The position numbers were made by a program, and so were the translations under genes. From the IMG/VR virus record IMGVR_UViG_3300037478_000708, positions 92,009 to 156,008 of that record: a DNA stretch of 64,000 nucleotides. One strand, written 5' to 3'. Of the stretch, positions 24,117-33,021 are shown one piece after another. A model generated the notes under the pieces. That model was given only the letters and a program-made list of their open reading frames with translations. It was not told the origin of the DNA and ran no database searches. Source of the stretch: a virus. Position 1 is the first letter of the stretch. Every line of letters begins with the position of its first letter.

Positions 24117-25851
24117 GGTTCTTCGCGAGCGCTGGGGCTACTCCAGTTTCCGGCCGAGTCAGCGCGAAGCCATGCGCTGCATCGGTGAGGGGGATGACGT
24201 GCTGGCCGTGCTACCCACCGGCACCGGCAAGTCGCTGCTCTTCCAACTCCCCGCGCTCATGGAAGAGGGTGGCACGATCGTCGTGTCGCCCCTGATCGCG
24301 CTGATGAAGGATCAGGTCGACGCCGCGCAGGCGCGCGGCATCCCGGCCGCGTGCATCAACTCCAACATGGACGAGGACGATCAGTGGGACGCCTTGGAGG
24401 GGTTCGTCTCCGGCGCCTACAAGCTGCTCTACATCTCGCCCGAGCGCATCGGCGTGCGTTCGTTCCTGACGGCCGTGCAGCGCGCGGACGTGTCGATCGT
24501 GGCCGTTGACGAGGCGCACTGTTGCTCGCAGTGGGGGCATCAGTTCCGGCCGGAGTACATGCACATCCACCGCCTGATCCGTTCGCTCTCCGATGGGGAG
24601 ACCCGGCCGCAGGTGCTCGCCATGACGGCCACGGCCACGCGTATCGTGGTGGAGGACATCGTGCAGTCCCTCGGCCTCAAGGCCGACGAGGTGAGCACCC
24701 TTGTCGCCGATCCGATTCGGCCGAACCTGAGCTACCTCGTGGAGGACGGGGGCATCGACGGCTACGGGAACGCGTGGAACATCTTCCGCCGGATCGTGCG
24801 CACCTTCGACGTGCGCGACGGCCGGCACATCGTCTACGTGAACTCACGCGCAGGCGCGGAGAAGCTCGCGGAGGTCTGCGAAGAAGAGCTGTGGTCGGGG
24901 ATCGCTGCCCCGTACCACGCGGGGCTCACCGGCGAGAAGCGGACCGCGATTCAGGAGGACTTCACCGATCCGAGCGGTGCGGTCAAGATCGCGTGCGCGA
25001 CGACAGCCTTCGGGATGGGCGTCGACGTTCCGAACATCCGGACCGTGGTCCTGTTCGGGTATCCGGGCTCGCTCGAGGACTACGTGCAGCAGACCGGCCG
25101 CGCCGGCCGCGACGGGCTCCTGTCGAAGACGATCCTCATCGCCGACGAGATGTCCGCCAGCTTCCAGATGCGGATGATCGAGAACGAGAACCCGCCGCTC
25201 CAGTCCTACGTGCTCTTGTGGGACTGGCTCCATGCGCAGCTCCAGCCGGGCGAGACGTTGCGCGCATCGCGCATGTCGATCTCGCAGGCGGTTTCGCGAC
25301 AGGGGGTCGCCGCCATGAACCCCGATCAGGTGGGCGTGGTCCTGAACCGCCTGCATTCGGTGGGTCTGATCGAGCGTCGGCCGATTGAGGAGGGTGTGCC
25401 CGTCAAGGTCAAGCTGGACGGCCTCACGGAGGCCCTCGCCAACCCGGGCAAGGCCCGGCCGCAGATCACGCACGTCTGGAGAGCCTTCGCCGAGAACTGC
25501 GTGAAGCCCGCCCAGGCCAAGGCGCCGGCTGAGGATCCGCTGACCGTCTGGATCAACAAGACGGCGCTGAAAGAGGCTTCGGGGCTCAGCCCGTACTACG
25601 TGACGAAGGCGCTGGAGGCGCTCCTCAAGCGGGGGGCCGTCTTGGACATCGGCAAGGCGCAGTCGGGTTACCTCATCAAGATCCTCAAGTGGCGCGTTCC
25701 GCTCGAGGTGGAGCTACCGGTAGGGCGCATCGAGGAGAAGCGCGCACGGGACTTCGCTCGGTTCGACCGCATGCGGACCTTCTCGAGGCTCCTCGGGGAG
25801 GACGAGCGCAAGGACATGCTGCGCCACTACTTCCTTCACGCGACCGAATGA
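24091..25851 (+). CDS. recQ: RecQ-family helicase
   Basis: WGYSSFRPSQ, PTGTGKS, SPLIALMKDQV, DEAHCCSQWGHQFRPEY, QQTGRAGRDG. Confidence 0.9.
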   Translation: MFTIDAALEVLRERWGYSSFRPSQREAMRCIGEGDDVLAVLPTGTGKSLLFQLPALMEEGGTIVVSPLIALMKDQVDAAQARGIPAACINSNMDEDDQWDALEGFVSGAYKLLYISPERIGVRSFLTAVQRADVSIVAVDEAHCCSQWGHQFRPEYMHIHRLIRSLSDGETRPQVLAMTATATRIVVEDIVQSLGLKADEVSTLVADPIRPNLSYLVEDGGIDGYGNAWNIFRRIVRTFDVRDGRHIVYVNSRAGAEKLAEVCEEELWSGIAAPYHAGLTGEKRTAIQEDFTDPSGAVKIACATTAFGMGVDVPNIRTVVLFGYPGSLEDYVQQTGRAGRDGLLSKTILIADEMSASFQMRMIENENPPLQSYVLLWDWLHAQLQPGETLRASRMSISQAVSRQGVAAMNPDQVGVVLNRLHSVGLIERRPIEEGVPVKVKLDGLTEALANPGKARPQITHVWRAFAENCVKPAQAKAPAEDPLTVWINKTALKEASGLSPYYVTKALEALLKRGAVLDIGKAQSGYLIKILKWRVPLEVELPVGRIEEKRARDFARFDRMRTFSRLLGEDERKDMLRHYFLHATE

Positions 25852-26426
25852 TGTTCGACTTCCGCCCCAAGAACGTCTGGCTGACGGCCGATCATCACTT
25901 CTTCCACAACGGCATCCTGCATCCGCAGCACGGCTCCTCGCGGGCGAGCCGATGGAGCACGCCGGAGGAGATGCACGCGGCGCTGCTCGACCAGTGGCGC
26001 CACACGGTCGGCCCGCACGATGTCGTCTACTCCGTCGGAGACCTGTTCTTCCGCATCGGTCGGGCTCGAACGCTCGAGCTGCTGCGCGCGCTGAGCGGGT
26101 TTCGGATCGTGCTCCTCTGCGGCAACCACGACGGGGAGCGGCTCGAGAAGCTCGCGCGACAGCAGGCGCTTCCGGACAACGTGCAGGTCGTGCCGCGGTC
26201 GGAGAGTTTCGTGGCGCTCGGCGAGTACCGGCGCGCGGTGATGAGCCACTGGCACACGGAGCGCTGGCCCGGCCGTGAACGCGGTACGGTGCTTGTACAC
26301 GGTCACTCCCACGGGAAGCGCAAGGTGGAACCCGACCGGCTCGACGTCGGATGGGACGTCTACGGCAGGCTTCTTCACCTCGAAGAGGTGCGCGCCTACT
26401 TCGAGCGCGGGGAACGTCCGAAGTAG
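25848..26426 (+). CDS. Calcineurin-like metallophosphoesterase
   Basis: ADHHFFH, VGD, GNHD, HGHSH, DVGWD. Confidence 0.85.
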   Translation: MMFDFRPKNVWLTADHHFFHNGILHPQHGSSRASRWSTPEEMHAALLDQWRHTVGPHDVVYSVGDLFFRIGRARTLELLRALSGFRIVLLCGNHDGERLEKLARQQALPDNVQVVPRSESFVALGEYRRAVMSHWHTERWPGRERGTVLVHGHSHGKRKVEPDRLDVGWDVYGRLLHLEEVRAYFERGERPK

Positions 26427-26469
26427 GCACTTGTGCGGCCGTGGGAAGTAGACCCCCAACATCTTGCGG

Positions 26470-26498
26470 TTGACGAGCCGCCGCCAGACCTGTATCCG
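26470..26498 (+). promoter_or_regulatory. sigma70-like promoter TTGACG-N17-TATCCG
   Basis: Points into the repeat/A-rich block. Confidence 0.4.
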
Positions 26499-26513
26499 CG
26501 CACGCGCACTATG

Positions 26514-26640
26514 CCTGTAAGGGGCCTTGAAGGGAGCTTGTAGGTCCCTGGAAGACGCCTGTAAGGGAGCCTGGAAGGCGCCTTCCAAAACAGTAGAGAC
26601 CAAAGAGACTACAGAGACAGAAGCTACAAAATACACAAGA
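26514..26640. other. Candidate replication origin: six ~11-bp CCT-N3-AGG iterons plus A-rich tract
   Basis: CCTGTAAGGGG/CCTTGAAGGGA/GCTTGTAGGTC/CCTGGAAGACG/CCTGTAAGGGAG/CCTGGAAGGCG, then ~54 nt with about 30 A. Confidence 0.5.
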
Positions 26641-26714
26641 GGGGGCGGTCCTGGCGGACCGCCCCGACCGGAAGGCTTCGCTTGGGTTCGGGAAGCCACC
26701 GCCCGGACACCTGT

Positions 26715-26735
26715 CCAGTGACAGCGTGTCACCGG
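26715..26735. repeat. Dispersed palindrome copy 3 (CCAGTGACA-GCG-TGTCACCGG)
   Basis: Read directly. Confidence 0.95.
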
Positions 26736-26845
26736 AAAAAATCTGCGCGCGAGCTTCGCCCAGGTACCCCCGGTCGGTAGAATCCTGTTCCCACGTGGGG
26801 ATCTCACGCTCGGACGCGCAGGTCACCACACCCATGCGGGAACAG

Positions 26846-26880
26846 CCCCCCGGGCCTTTCGGGGTCCGGGGGGTCTTTTC
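26846..26880 (+). terminator. Intrinsic terminator with UUCG loop
   Basis: CCCCCCGGGCCT-TTCG-GGGTCCGGGGGG-TCTTTTC. Confidence 0.7.
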
Positions 26881-26927
26881 CATCCGAGACCACGGCTCAT
26901 CGAGCCGACCGGACGGGGATACCTGCC

Positions 26928-28514
26928 ATGAAACATCGCGCGGCCATCTACGTGCGCGGCGCCTGGGCCGAGCTGAGGAACGCTCCCGCCGGGACGCTGG
27001 AGGGGTGCCTCTCGTTCAAGCACCCGAACCCCTGGTACTCCAAGGCGTTCCGGGAGAAGCGCTGGGACGGCCGCGTGCGCCTGTTCAAGGGCGATCAGTT
27101 CCCGGCCGGGCACACGCCGATCGTCGCGGCGTACCTGAGCGAACTCGGGCGGGACGTCTTCATCTCGGGCTTCGAGGATCGGAAAGACGTCGACCTGTCC
27201 GAGCTGACAAGAGACTACCTTCCCGGAATCGAACTGTGGGATCATCAATGGAACGCAATCACTTCTCTTCTTAGTCACAAGAGGGGTGTTGTCAAGAGCC
27301 CCACCGGGTCCGGGAAGACCGAAGACATCTTCACCGTGGCCGCGTACCTGTGGGAGCAACGGAACTGGCGCTCGTTGGTGATCGAGCCCACCAAGGGCTT
27401 GATGCGGCAGACGTACGAGCGCGCCTGCGCGTACTTCCACGACTGGATCTCCGTCGGCATGGCCGGCGACGGCGAGCGTGTCGAAGGCAACGTCGTCATC
27501 GCGACGGGTCAGACGATGCAACACTGGCGCACCACGCGCCGCAAGGGGCGCATCCGTCCAGCGGACGCGTGGCTCCGCGATCTGGTCAAGCACTACGAGG
27601 TCATGTTCCTCGACGAGTGCCACAAGGCCAGCTCGGACATGTGGTACGACATCGCGATGAACTCCGGTGCGCACCGGCGCTACGGGTTCAGCGGCACGCC
27701 GATCAAGGACAACGTGATCGACGACATGCGCCTGATCGGAGCGACGGGTCCGATCGTCTTCGACGTCGCCGCCACCGGGCTGATCGAGCGGGGGCTGGCC
27801 GCGCGTCCGAAGATCCTCATGGTCATGAGCGACGCGGTGAGCGGGCCCTCGATCGACGAAGACATCGAGCTGGCGTGCGAGGAGCAGGAGGCCGCGCTTC
27901 GGAAGAAGCGCAGGGCTCGTGGCGGGAAGACGCCCAAGCCGAGCAAGTACCGCATCGCCTACCGGCTCGGGATCTTGGAGAACGAGAGTCACAACCGCGC
28001 CGTCGTGCGCGTCGCGCAGTGGATGGTCGACCACGGCCGCAAGACGCTGCTCCTGTGCCGCTACAAGGAGCACTACGACATCCTCGCGGAGCTGCTCGAG
28101 GAACAGGGCACGAAGTTCATCGGCGTCTGGGGCGCGACGGACAACTCCGATCGTGCCCACGCGAAGAAGGCGCTCGGCGACGGGCGCGTTAGCTTGGTCC
28201 TCGCGACAGGGATCTGGGACGAGGGTGAAGACATCCCCGGCGTGAACGGACTCGTGTTCGCGGAGGGTGTGGCCGCGACCACGAACTCGCGTCAGCGCGT
28301 CGGCCGCGGGATGCGCGGAGACACCGAGGATGTTTGGGTTGTTGACTTTGTTCCCACCTGCAACAAGACCCTTATCGAACACGCCGCGAAGCGCGCGGAT
28401 GCGTGGGAAGGCGAGGGGTACGAAGTGCTCGTGTGGGAGGACTGGCCCGAAGAAGGCAAGGAGCTAGATCTTCCGTTCGCGAGGTGGGATGATTCGTGCG
28501 AACGTTCGGCGTGA
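26928..28514 (+). CDS. SF2 helicase, T4 UvsW-like
   Basis: WDGRVRLF, PTGSGKT, DECH, SGTP, EGEDIP, QRVGRGMR. Confidence 0.85.
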   Translation: MKHRAAIYVRGAWAELRNAPAGTLEGCLSFKHPNPWYSKAFREKRWDGRVRLFKGDQFPAGHTPIVAAYLSELGRDVFISGFEDRKDVDLSELTRDYLPGIELWDHQWNAITSLLSHKRGVVKSPTGSGKTEDIFTVAAYLWEQRNWRSLVIEPTKGLMRQTYERACAYFHDWISVGMAGDGERVEGNVVIATGQTMQHWRTTRRKGRIRPADAWLRDLVKHYEVMFLDECHKASSDMWYDIAMNSGAHRRYGFSGTPIKDNVIDDMRLIGATGPIVFDVAATGLIERGLAARPKILMVMSDAVSGPSIDEDIELACEEQEAALRKKRRARGGKTPKPSKYRIAYRLGILENESHNRAVVRVAQWMVDHGRKTLLLCRYKEHYDILAELLEEQGTKFIGVWGATDNSDRAHAKKALGDGRVSLVLATGIWDEGEDIPGVNGLVFAEGVAATTNSRQRVGRGMRGDTEDVWVVDFVPTCNKTLIEHAAKRADAWEGEGYEVLVWEDWPEEGKELDLPFARWDDSCERSA

Positions 28515-28605
28515 AATTTTCTTGAGACACGCTTGACGTCGCCCGTCGGAAGGGATAAACCAGCCCCCGTGGTGATCCCGATGGCGTTTGATTCGACGAG
28601 AGAGC

Positions 28606-29538
28606 GTGAAGACGAAACTACCAGTCCCGTCTCCAGACGGCGTGCCGCCGTGCTTCGGTGTTCAGTACCGCGAGGCCGACAAGGGCTGCGCTTGCTGCCG
28701 AGTGCGCGCACACTGCGCACCGAGAGCGCAACGCTGGCGCGAGAAGCGCTCGCTCTCCGAGCTGCTCGCCGATGCCGACGCGCGGTTGCGTCACGCGCGT
28801 TCCGACGAAACGCTGCAAGAGATCTACGACCGGCTGCACCGCGAGATCTTCGGGACGATCTCACGCCGTTCCTCGAGTGAGGCGAACGAGGATCTCTTCG
28901 CGCGGTTGTTCGCCTTCCTGCGCCGTGAGGAGATCGACCTAGCGACCTACGTCGCCGGTAACATGTGGGCGATGAAGCCCTGGGTCGAGTCGAATCCGCG
29001 CATCGGGTTCCAACCCAACCACCTGTCCGGCGAGCGCGCCCTGCGGCGCTACTACGCGTACCTCGGCCGGCAGAGACGGCGCTTCCGGCAGCAACGGCAC
29101 ACGGGCGAGACGGGCGGCACGCTGACGGCCAACATCCGACAGCAGATCTTCCTGGGGGAGTACGCGGTGGGGCTGGAGTACGTGCGGACGTACGTGGCCG
29201 AGGGAGACGCGAGCTGGGCCGCCGCGATCGAAGAGGCGCAGCCGTCGGCGGATTGGCGCGCGGTCGAATGCGGCCCCTCGGGAGGCAAGCGCTACCACGA
29301 GCTGTGCACGATCTTCGGCACGCATCGGCTGTCGGCGGAGAAGCAGCGGGCCACGCTCAAGGCGGCCTGCGTCGTGGCCGAGAGCTACGAGCACGACCTC
29401 TCGCACCGCGTCGGCGTCCGCGGTGCGTTCACCTGGGCCGACTTCGCCGTGCTCATCGCGCGGCTCTACCCGCTCGACACGCCCAGTGACACGCTGTCAC
29501 TGGCCGAGGTGCAGGGGGTCGCCTGGCATGGTTGCTGA
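28606..29538 (+). CDS. Hypothetical replication-module protein with N-terminal CFG Zn finger
   Basis: CFG......C.CC....C; overlaps the helicase start. Confidence 0.6.
   Translation: MKTKLPVPSPDGVPPCFGVQYREADKGCACCRVRAHCAPRAQRWREKRSLSELLADADARLRHARSDETLQEIYDRLHREIFGTISRRSSSEANEDLFARLFAFLRREEIDLATYVAGNMWAMKPWVESNPRIGFQPNHLSGERALRRYYAYLGRQRRRFRQQRHTGETGGTLTANIRQQIFLGEYAVGLEYVRTYVAEGDASWAAAIEEAQPSADWRAVECGPSGGKRYHELCTIFGTHRLSAEKQRATLKAACVVAESYEHDLSHRVGVRGAFTWADFAVLIARLYPLDTPSDTLSLAEVQGVAWHGC
29483..29503. repeat. Dispersed palindrome copy 4 (CCAGTGACA-CGC-TGTCACTGG), inside a CDS
   Basis: Read directly; encodes PSDTLSL. Confidence 0.95.
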
Positions 29539-31069
29539 GGGGACCTACGAGTTCGGAGACACCTTTCAGCATCATGCTCTCGCTGTACTCGCCCGGATCC
29601 CCGGCGGCGTCGTGCGCTACCGCTCCGCGCTCGACCACACCTACTTCGGGTCGAAGCAGCTCCGCATCGTGTCGGAGGCGCTCTTCAAGCACGTCGATGT
29701 GCACCGCAAGCTCCCGCAGCAGCCGACGTTGCTGGAAGACGTTCGCGACGTCAGCGGAGACGACGACTTTCCCGGCGTGCGCCGCGTCGTCTCGCGGCTC
29801 TACAAGGAGGACATCTCCGACGCGCGTGCCGTCCTCGAGCGACTGATCGAATTCGGGAAGCAGCAGGCTTTCGTCAACGCGACGCTCAAGGCGGCCGACA
29901 AGCTCGACCGCGGCGACCGCAACCTGCGCCCGCTCTTCGACGAGGCCGCGCTCGTCGGCGAGGATCTGCTCGACGTAGGCATCGACTACGCGGGCAGTCC
30001 GGAGTCCCGGTTGGAGTGGTACCGCAACCCGCAGGTGCAGGCCGCCGATCAGATCCGCACCGGCGTTCCCCACCTCGACGCGATGTTGGGCGGAGGGATC
30101 GCGCGCGGTGGCATGGGCGTCGTGCTCGCGCCCCCCAAGCGCGGCAAGACGACCACGCTCATCAACATCGGCTTCGGTGCGCTGACGGCCGTGTCGCGCT
30201 ACAACGTCGTGCACTACTCGATGGAGATGGATCAGGATCGCGTGAGCCGTCGCTACGACGATCGTCTGATGGGCGAGAAGGTGCAGCTCAGGAAGAGCGA
30301 CCCGGATCGCTACGCCGAGCTGCTCGAGGCGCGTCTGAAGAAGACGGTGCGCGGCCGGCTCTTCGTCAAGAACTACCCGACGCGCACGGCCACGGTGTCG
30401 AAGCTGCGCTCGCACCTGTCGCTCCTGTCGGCACGAGCCTTCCACCCCGACGTCATCATCGTCGACTACGCCGACATCATGAAGCCCGAGCGGCGCCTAG
30501 GAGAGATGCGCCACGAGCAAGCCGGCATCTACGAAGACCTCCGCCAGCTCGCCGGGGAGTTCAACGCCGTGGTGTGGACGGGTTCGCAGGCGAGTCGCGG
30601 CGCGCTCGAGAAGGACGTCATCACGATCAACGACTTCGCCGAGACGTTCGAGAAGGCGGCGATCGTCGACGCGGCCATCGCGTTTTGCCAGACCGATGAC
30701 GAGCGCATCGAGCGGAAGTGCCGTCTGTTCGGTGCTGCGCTGCGCGATCAGGAAGACGGTCGCACCGTTGAGTGTGAGATCCACCGCAACCAGTGTCGGA
30801 TCCGTTCCATCTCGCTGCTCGACGTCGCGGGTACGCGCATCGTCGTGGACGGCGTGGACGATAAGCGGGAGGACTACACGGAGACGCGCACCGAGGTCGT
30901 TCGCAAGAAGGCCGTCGAGACGATCAAGGATCGAGCGGGGTTGCGTCGCAAGAAGGCCGTGAAGCGCGAAGCGCGGCCCGTGGCACGCAAGAAGTTCTCG
31001 ACCAAGAAGGGTGGGAAGAGGGTCGCCGAACGTCGTGACCGTCCGACGAGGAAGGTGGAGGCAGCATGA
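29528..31069 (+). CDS. dnaB: Replicative DnaB/gp41-like helicase
   Basis: TGVPHLD, APPKRGKT, YSMEM, IIVDYADIM, WTGSQ. Confidence 0.85.
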   Translation: MVAEGTYEFGDTFQHHALAVLARIPGGVVRYRSALDHTYFGSKQLRIVSEALFKHVDVHRKLPQQPTLLEDVRDVSGDDDFPGVRRVVSRLYKEDISDARAVLERLIEFGKQQAFVNATLKAADKLDRGDRNLRPLFDEAALVGEDLLDVGIDYAGSPESRLEWYRNPQVQAADQIRTGVPHLDAMLGGGIARGGMGVVLAPPKRGKTTTLINIGFGALTAVSRYNVVHYSMEMDQDRVSRRYDDRLMGEKVQLRKSDPDRYAELLEARLKKTVRGRLFVKNYPTRTATVSKLRSHLSLLSARAFHPDVIIVDYADIMKPERRLGEMRHEQAGIYEDLRQLAGEFNAVVWTGSQASRGALEKDVITINDFAETFEKAAIVDAAIAFCQTDDERIERKCRLFGAALRDQEDGRTVECEIHRNQCRIRSISLLDVAGTRIVVDGVDDKREDYTETRTEVVRKKAVETIKDRAGLRRKKAVKREARPVARKKFSTKKGGKRVAERRDRPTRKVEAA

Positions 31070-31428
31070 AACACGTCCTGACGATTACGGGTCCCCCCGG
31101 TAGCGGTAAGAGCACGGTGTTGCGTACGGTGGCGCGGGGGTTCGCGGTGGACGGAGGTCTCCGTGTGGCGTTCGTCGACGCGGATCACGTTCCGGGCTCT
31201 CTCGAGCCGTTCTTCCGCAACACTGAGGTCTCTGTGCTGCACACCCGCTCCGGTGACCACCTGTGGCCCTTCCTCGCGAAGCTCGCGGAGGGGTTCGACG
31301 TGATCGCCGTGGACATCCCGCACCTGACACAAGCGGACGCAGACGAGTTGGCGGCCGTGGCCAGGGAGCGGGACTGCTCGTTCATCCTCACGCGGCAGAC
31401 GAATCGTAAGCCGGAGGCGGGAGAATGA
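31066..31428 (+). CDS. Small P-loop NTPase
   Basis: ITGPPGSGKST, FDVIAVD. Confidence 0.65.
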   Translation: MKHVLTITGPPGSGKSTVLRTVARGFAVDGGLRVAFVDADHVPGSLEPFFRNTEVSVLHTRSGDHLWPFLAKLAEGFDVIAVDIPHLTQADADELAAVARERDCSFILTRQTNRKPEAGE

Positions 31429-32435
31429 AACGCCGCTCGCTCATCGACTACCTCGACTCGCGCCTGGGCAAGCACTCAGGGAACGGGCCGGAGTACACGT
31501 TCCACTGCCCGGCGTGCTCCGCTCGGTTGGGTAGCGACAGCGGCAAGAAGAAGTTCGCCGTCAACCTCGTCAAGCAGCGCGGTCAGTGCTTCCGCTGCGA
31601 GTTCAAGTTCCGCGCGCTCGAGCAGCTCTTCCGCTACCTGAACGGCGGGTTCGTGACGCCGGAGGAGCGCATCCTCCTTCGCGACGACCCTCCGCTGGTT
31701 GTCGTGTCCGTGCGTCGCACCGTGCAGGCGTTGCTGCGCGGAGAGGACGATGCGCGGCCGGAGAGGTTGCGTACGCATCGGCTGCCGCGTGAGGCGAAGG
31801 CGCTCACCGAGGTCGATCCCAAGAAGATGCCGTGGAAGCGCGCCGTCGGTTACCTGCGAAGGCGGGGGTTCGACCTAGAGGACGCGCGCCGCTTCGACCT
31901 GCACTACTGCGCCACGGGCGACTACAGCGGCTACATCATCTTTCCGGTCGTGCAGGGCGGCGAGACGGTCTACTGGACGAGTCGCTACTGCGGTGACAAG
32001 AACCCGATCAAGAGTCGGAACCCCCCGAAGGGTGACGATCGCTACGGCCGCGAGCACTGCCTCCTAAACTACGATGCCGTGGTCGGCGCTCCAGTGGTGG
32101 CGCTCGTGGAGGGGCCGCTCGACTGCGTGGCCTTCGTCGACCCTCCGGCGATCGCGCTCATGGGGCGCAAGCTGAGCGCGATGCAGGCCGCGCTGATCGG
32201 TGCGCTCGCGGAGCTGGGCCTCGAGGAGGTCGTGATCGCGCTCGACCCGGGTGCGGGGACGGACATGGACGAGATCCGCACGAGTCTCACGGGCCGCGTG
32301 CCCCGCGTCACCACGCTCTATTTCGACAGCGGCGACCCCGCGTCCCGGCGCGCTGAGCTGCGCAGCCTCGTGACCGGACGCACGTCCGAGCCGACCCTAG
32401 GCCAACGCGTCCGGTCACGGTTGGTCGCGAAGTGA
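31425..32435 (+). CDS. dnaG: Phage DNA primase (Zn finger + TOPRIM)
   Basis: CPAC...CFRC, IIFP, VEGPLD, IALD. Confidence 0.85.
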   Translation: MKRRSLIDYLDSRLGKHSGNGPEYTFHCPACSARLGSDSGKKKFAVNLVKQRGQCFRCEFKFRALEQLFRYLNGGFVTPEERILLRDDPPLVVVSVRRTVQALLRGEDDARPERLRTHRLPREAKALTEVDPKKMPWKRAVGYLRRRGFDLEDARRFDLHYCATGDYSGYIIFPVVQGGETVYWTSRYCGDKNPIKSRNPPKGDDRYGREHCLLNYDAVVGAPVVALVEGPLDCVAFVDPPAIALMGRKLSAMQAALIGALAELGLEEVVIALDPGAGTDMDEIRTSLTGRVPRVTTLYFDSGDPASRRAELRSLVTGRTSEPTLGQRVRSRLVAK

Positions 32436-32457
32436 CGGGTCTGGAAAAGACCCGTCA
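32433..32457. other. Perfect 10-bp hairpin after primase
   Basis: TGACGGGTCT-GGAAA-AGACCCGTCA. Confidence 0.6.
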
Positions 32458-32500
32458 GGATTGGTAAATTCCCCCCTCGTCCCCCCGCTTCTTCCCCCCG

Positions 32501-32866
32501 ATGCGCGACCAAGAGTGGAACCTGATCGAGCCCGGCGACCTGCTCGACTACATGCCTCCGGCGTCTTCCGCCGAGCCCCATCCAACGTCGCGGCGCTTTC
32601 AGGTCTTCAAGCTCGACAAGGGTGTCGTCTTCGCGGTGCGCATCCTGAACAACCGCGACGACGGTTCCGCGGACTTCACGGTCAGCGAGACCGTGCGCAT
32701 CGCGAAGAACTCGCCTCGGTGGAAGATGGTGTCGCTGAAGTCGAAGCTGGTTGCCACCGGCGGCTTCCTCGTCACGCGGGCGGACGGTTCGACGGAGTAC
32801 GACCGATGCCCGACACCGCTCGATCGAAGTCAAGCCGCCCCTCAGACGCTTCAGTCGCGCGGCTGA
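32501..32866 (+). CDS. Hypothetical beta-rich protein
   Basis: ORF in operon with plausible composition. Confidence 0.55.
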   Translation: MRDQEWNLIEPGDLLDYMPPASSAEPHPTSRRFQVFKLDKGVVFAVRILNNRDDGSADFTVSETVRIAKNSPRWKMVSLKSKLVATGGFLVTRADGSTEYDRCPTPLDRSQAAPQTLQSRG

Positions 32867-32871
32867 GGGTC

Positions 32872-33021
32872 ATGCTCAAGTCACCGGCGATCACCCCGCG
32901 TTGCTTCGGGCAACCGGAGCGCTGTGCAGAGTGCCGTGCCTGTGGGCTTCGTGTGCTGTGCTACGAACGTCACGCGCAGGAACCCGTGCACCTCTTGCCG
33001 CGCGTCCGGATTCCCGTGTGA
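32872..33021 (+). CDS. Small CFG-type Zn-finger protein
   Basis: CFGQPERCAECRAC....C; stop overlaps polymerase GTG. Confidence 0.5.
   Translation: MLKSPAITPRCFGQPERCAECRACGLRVLCYERHAQEPVHLLPRVRIPV

Noticed and set aside
26509-26883. Short ORFs across the candidate origin
   Set aside because: No RBS or motifs; repeats have an 11-bp (non-triplet) period, arguing for DNA-level function
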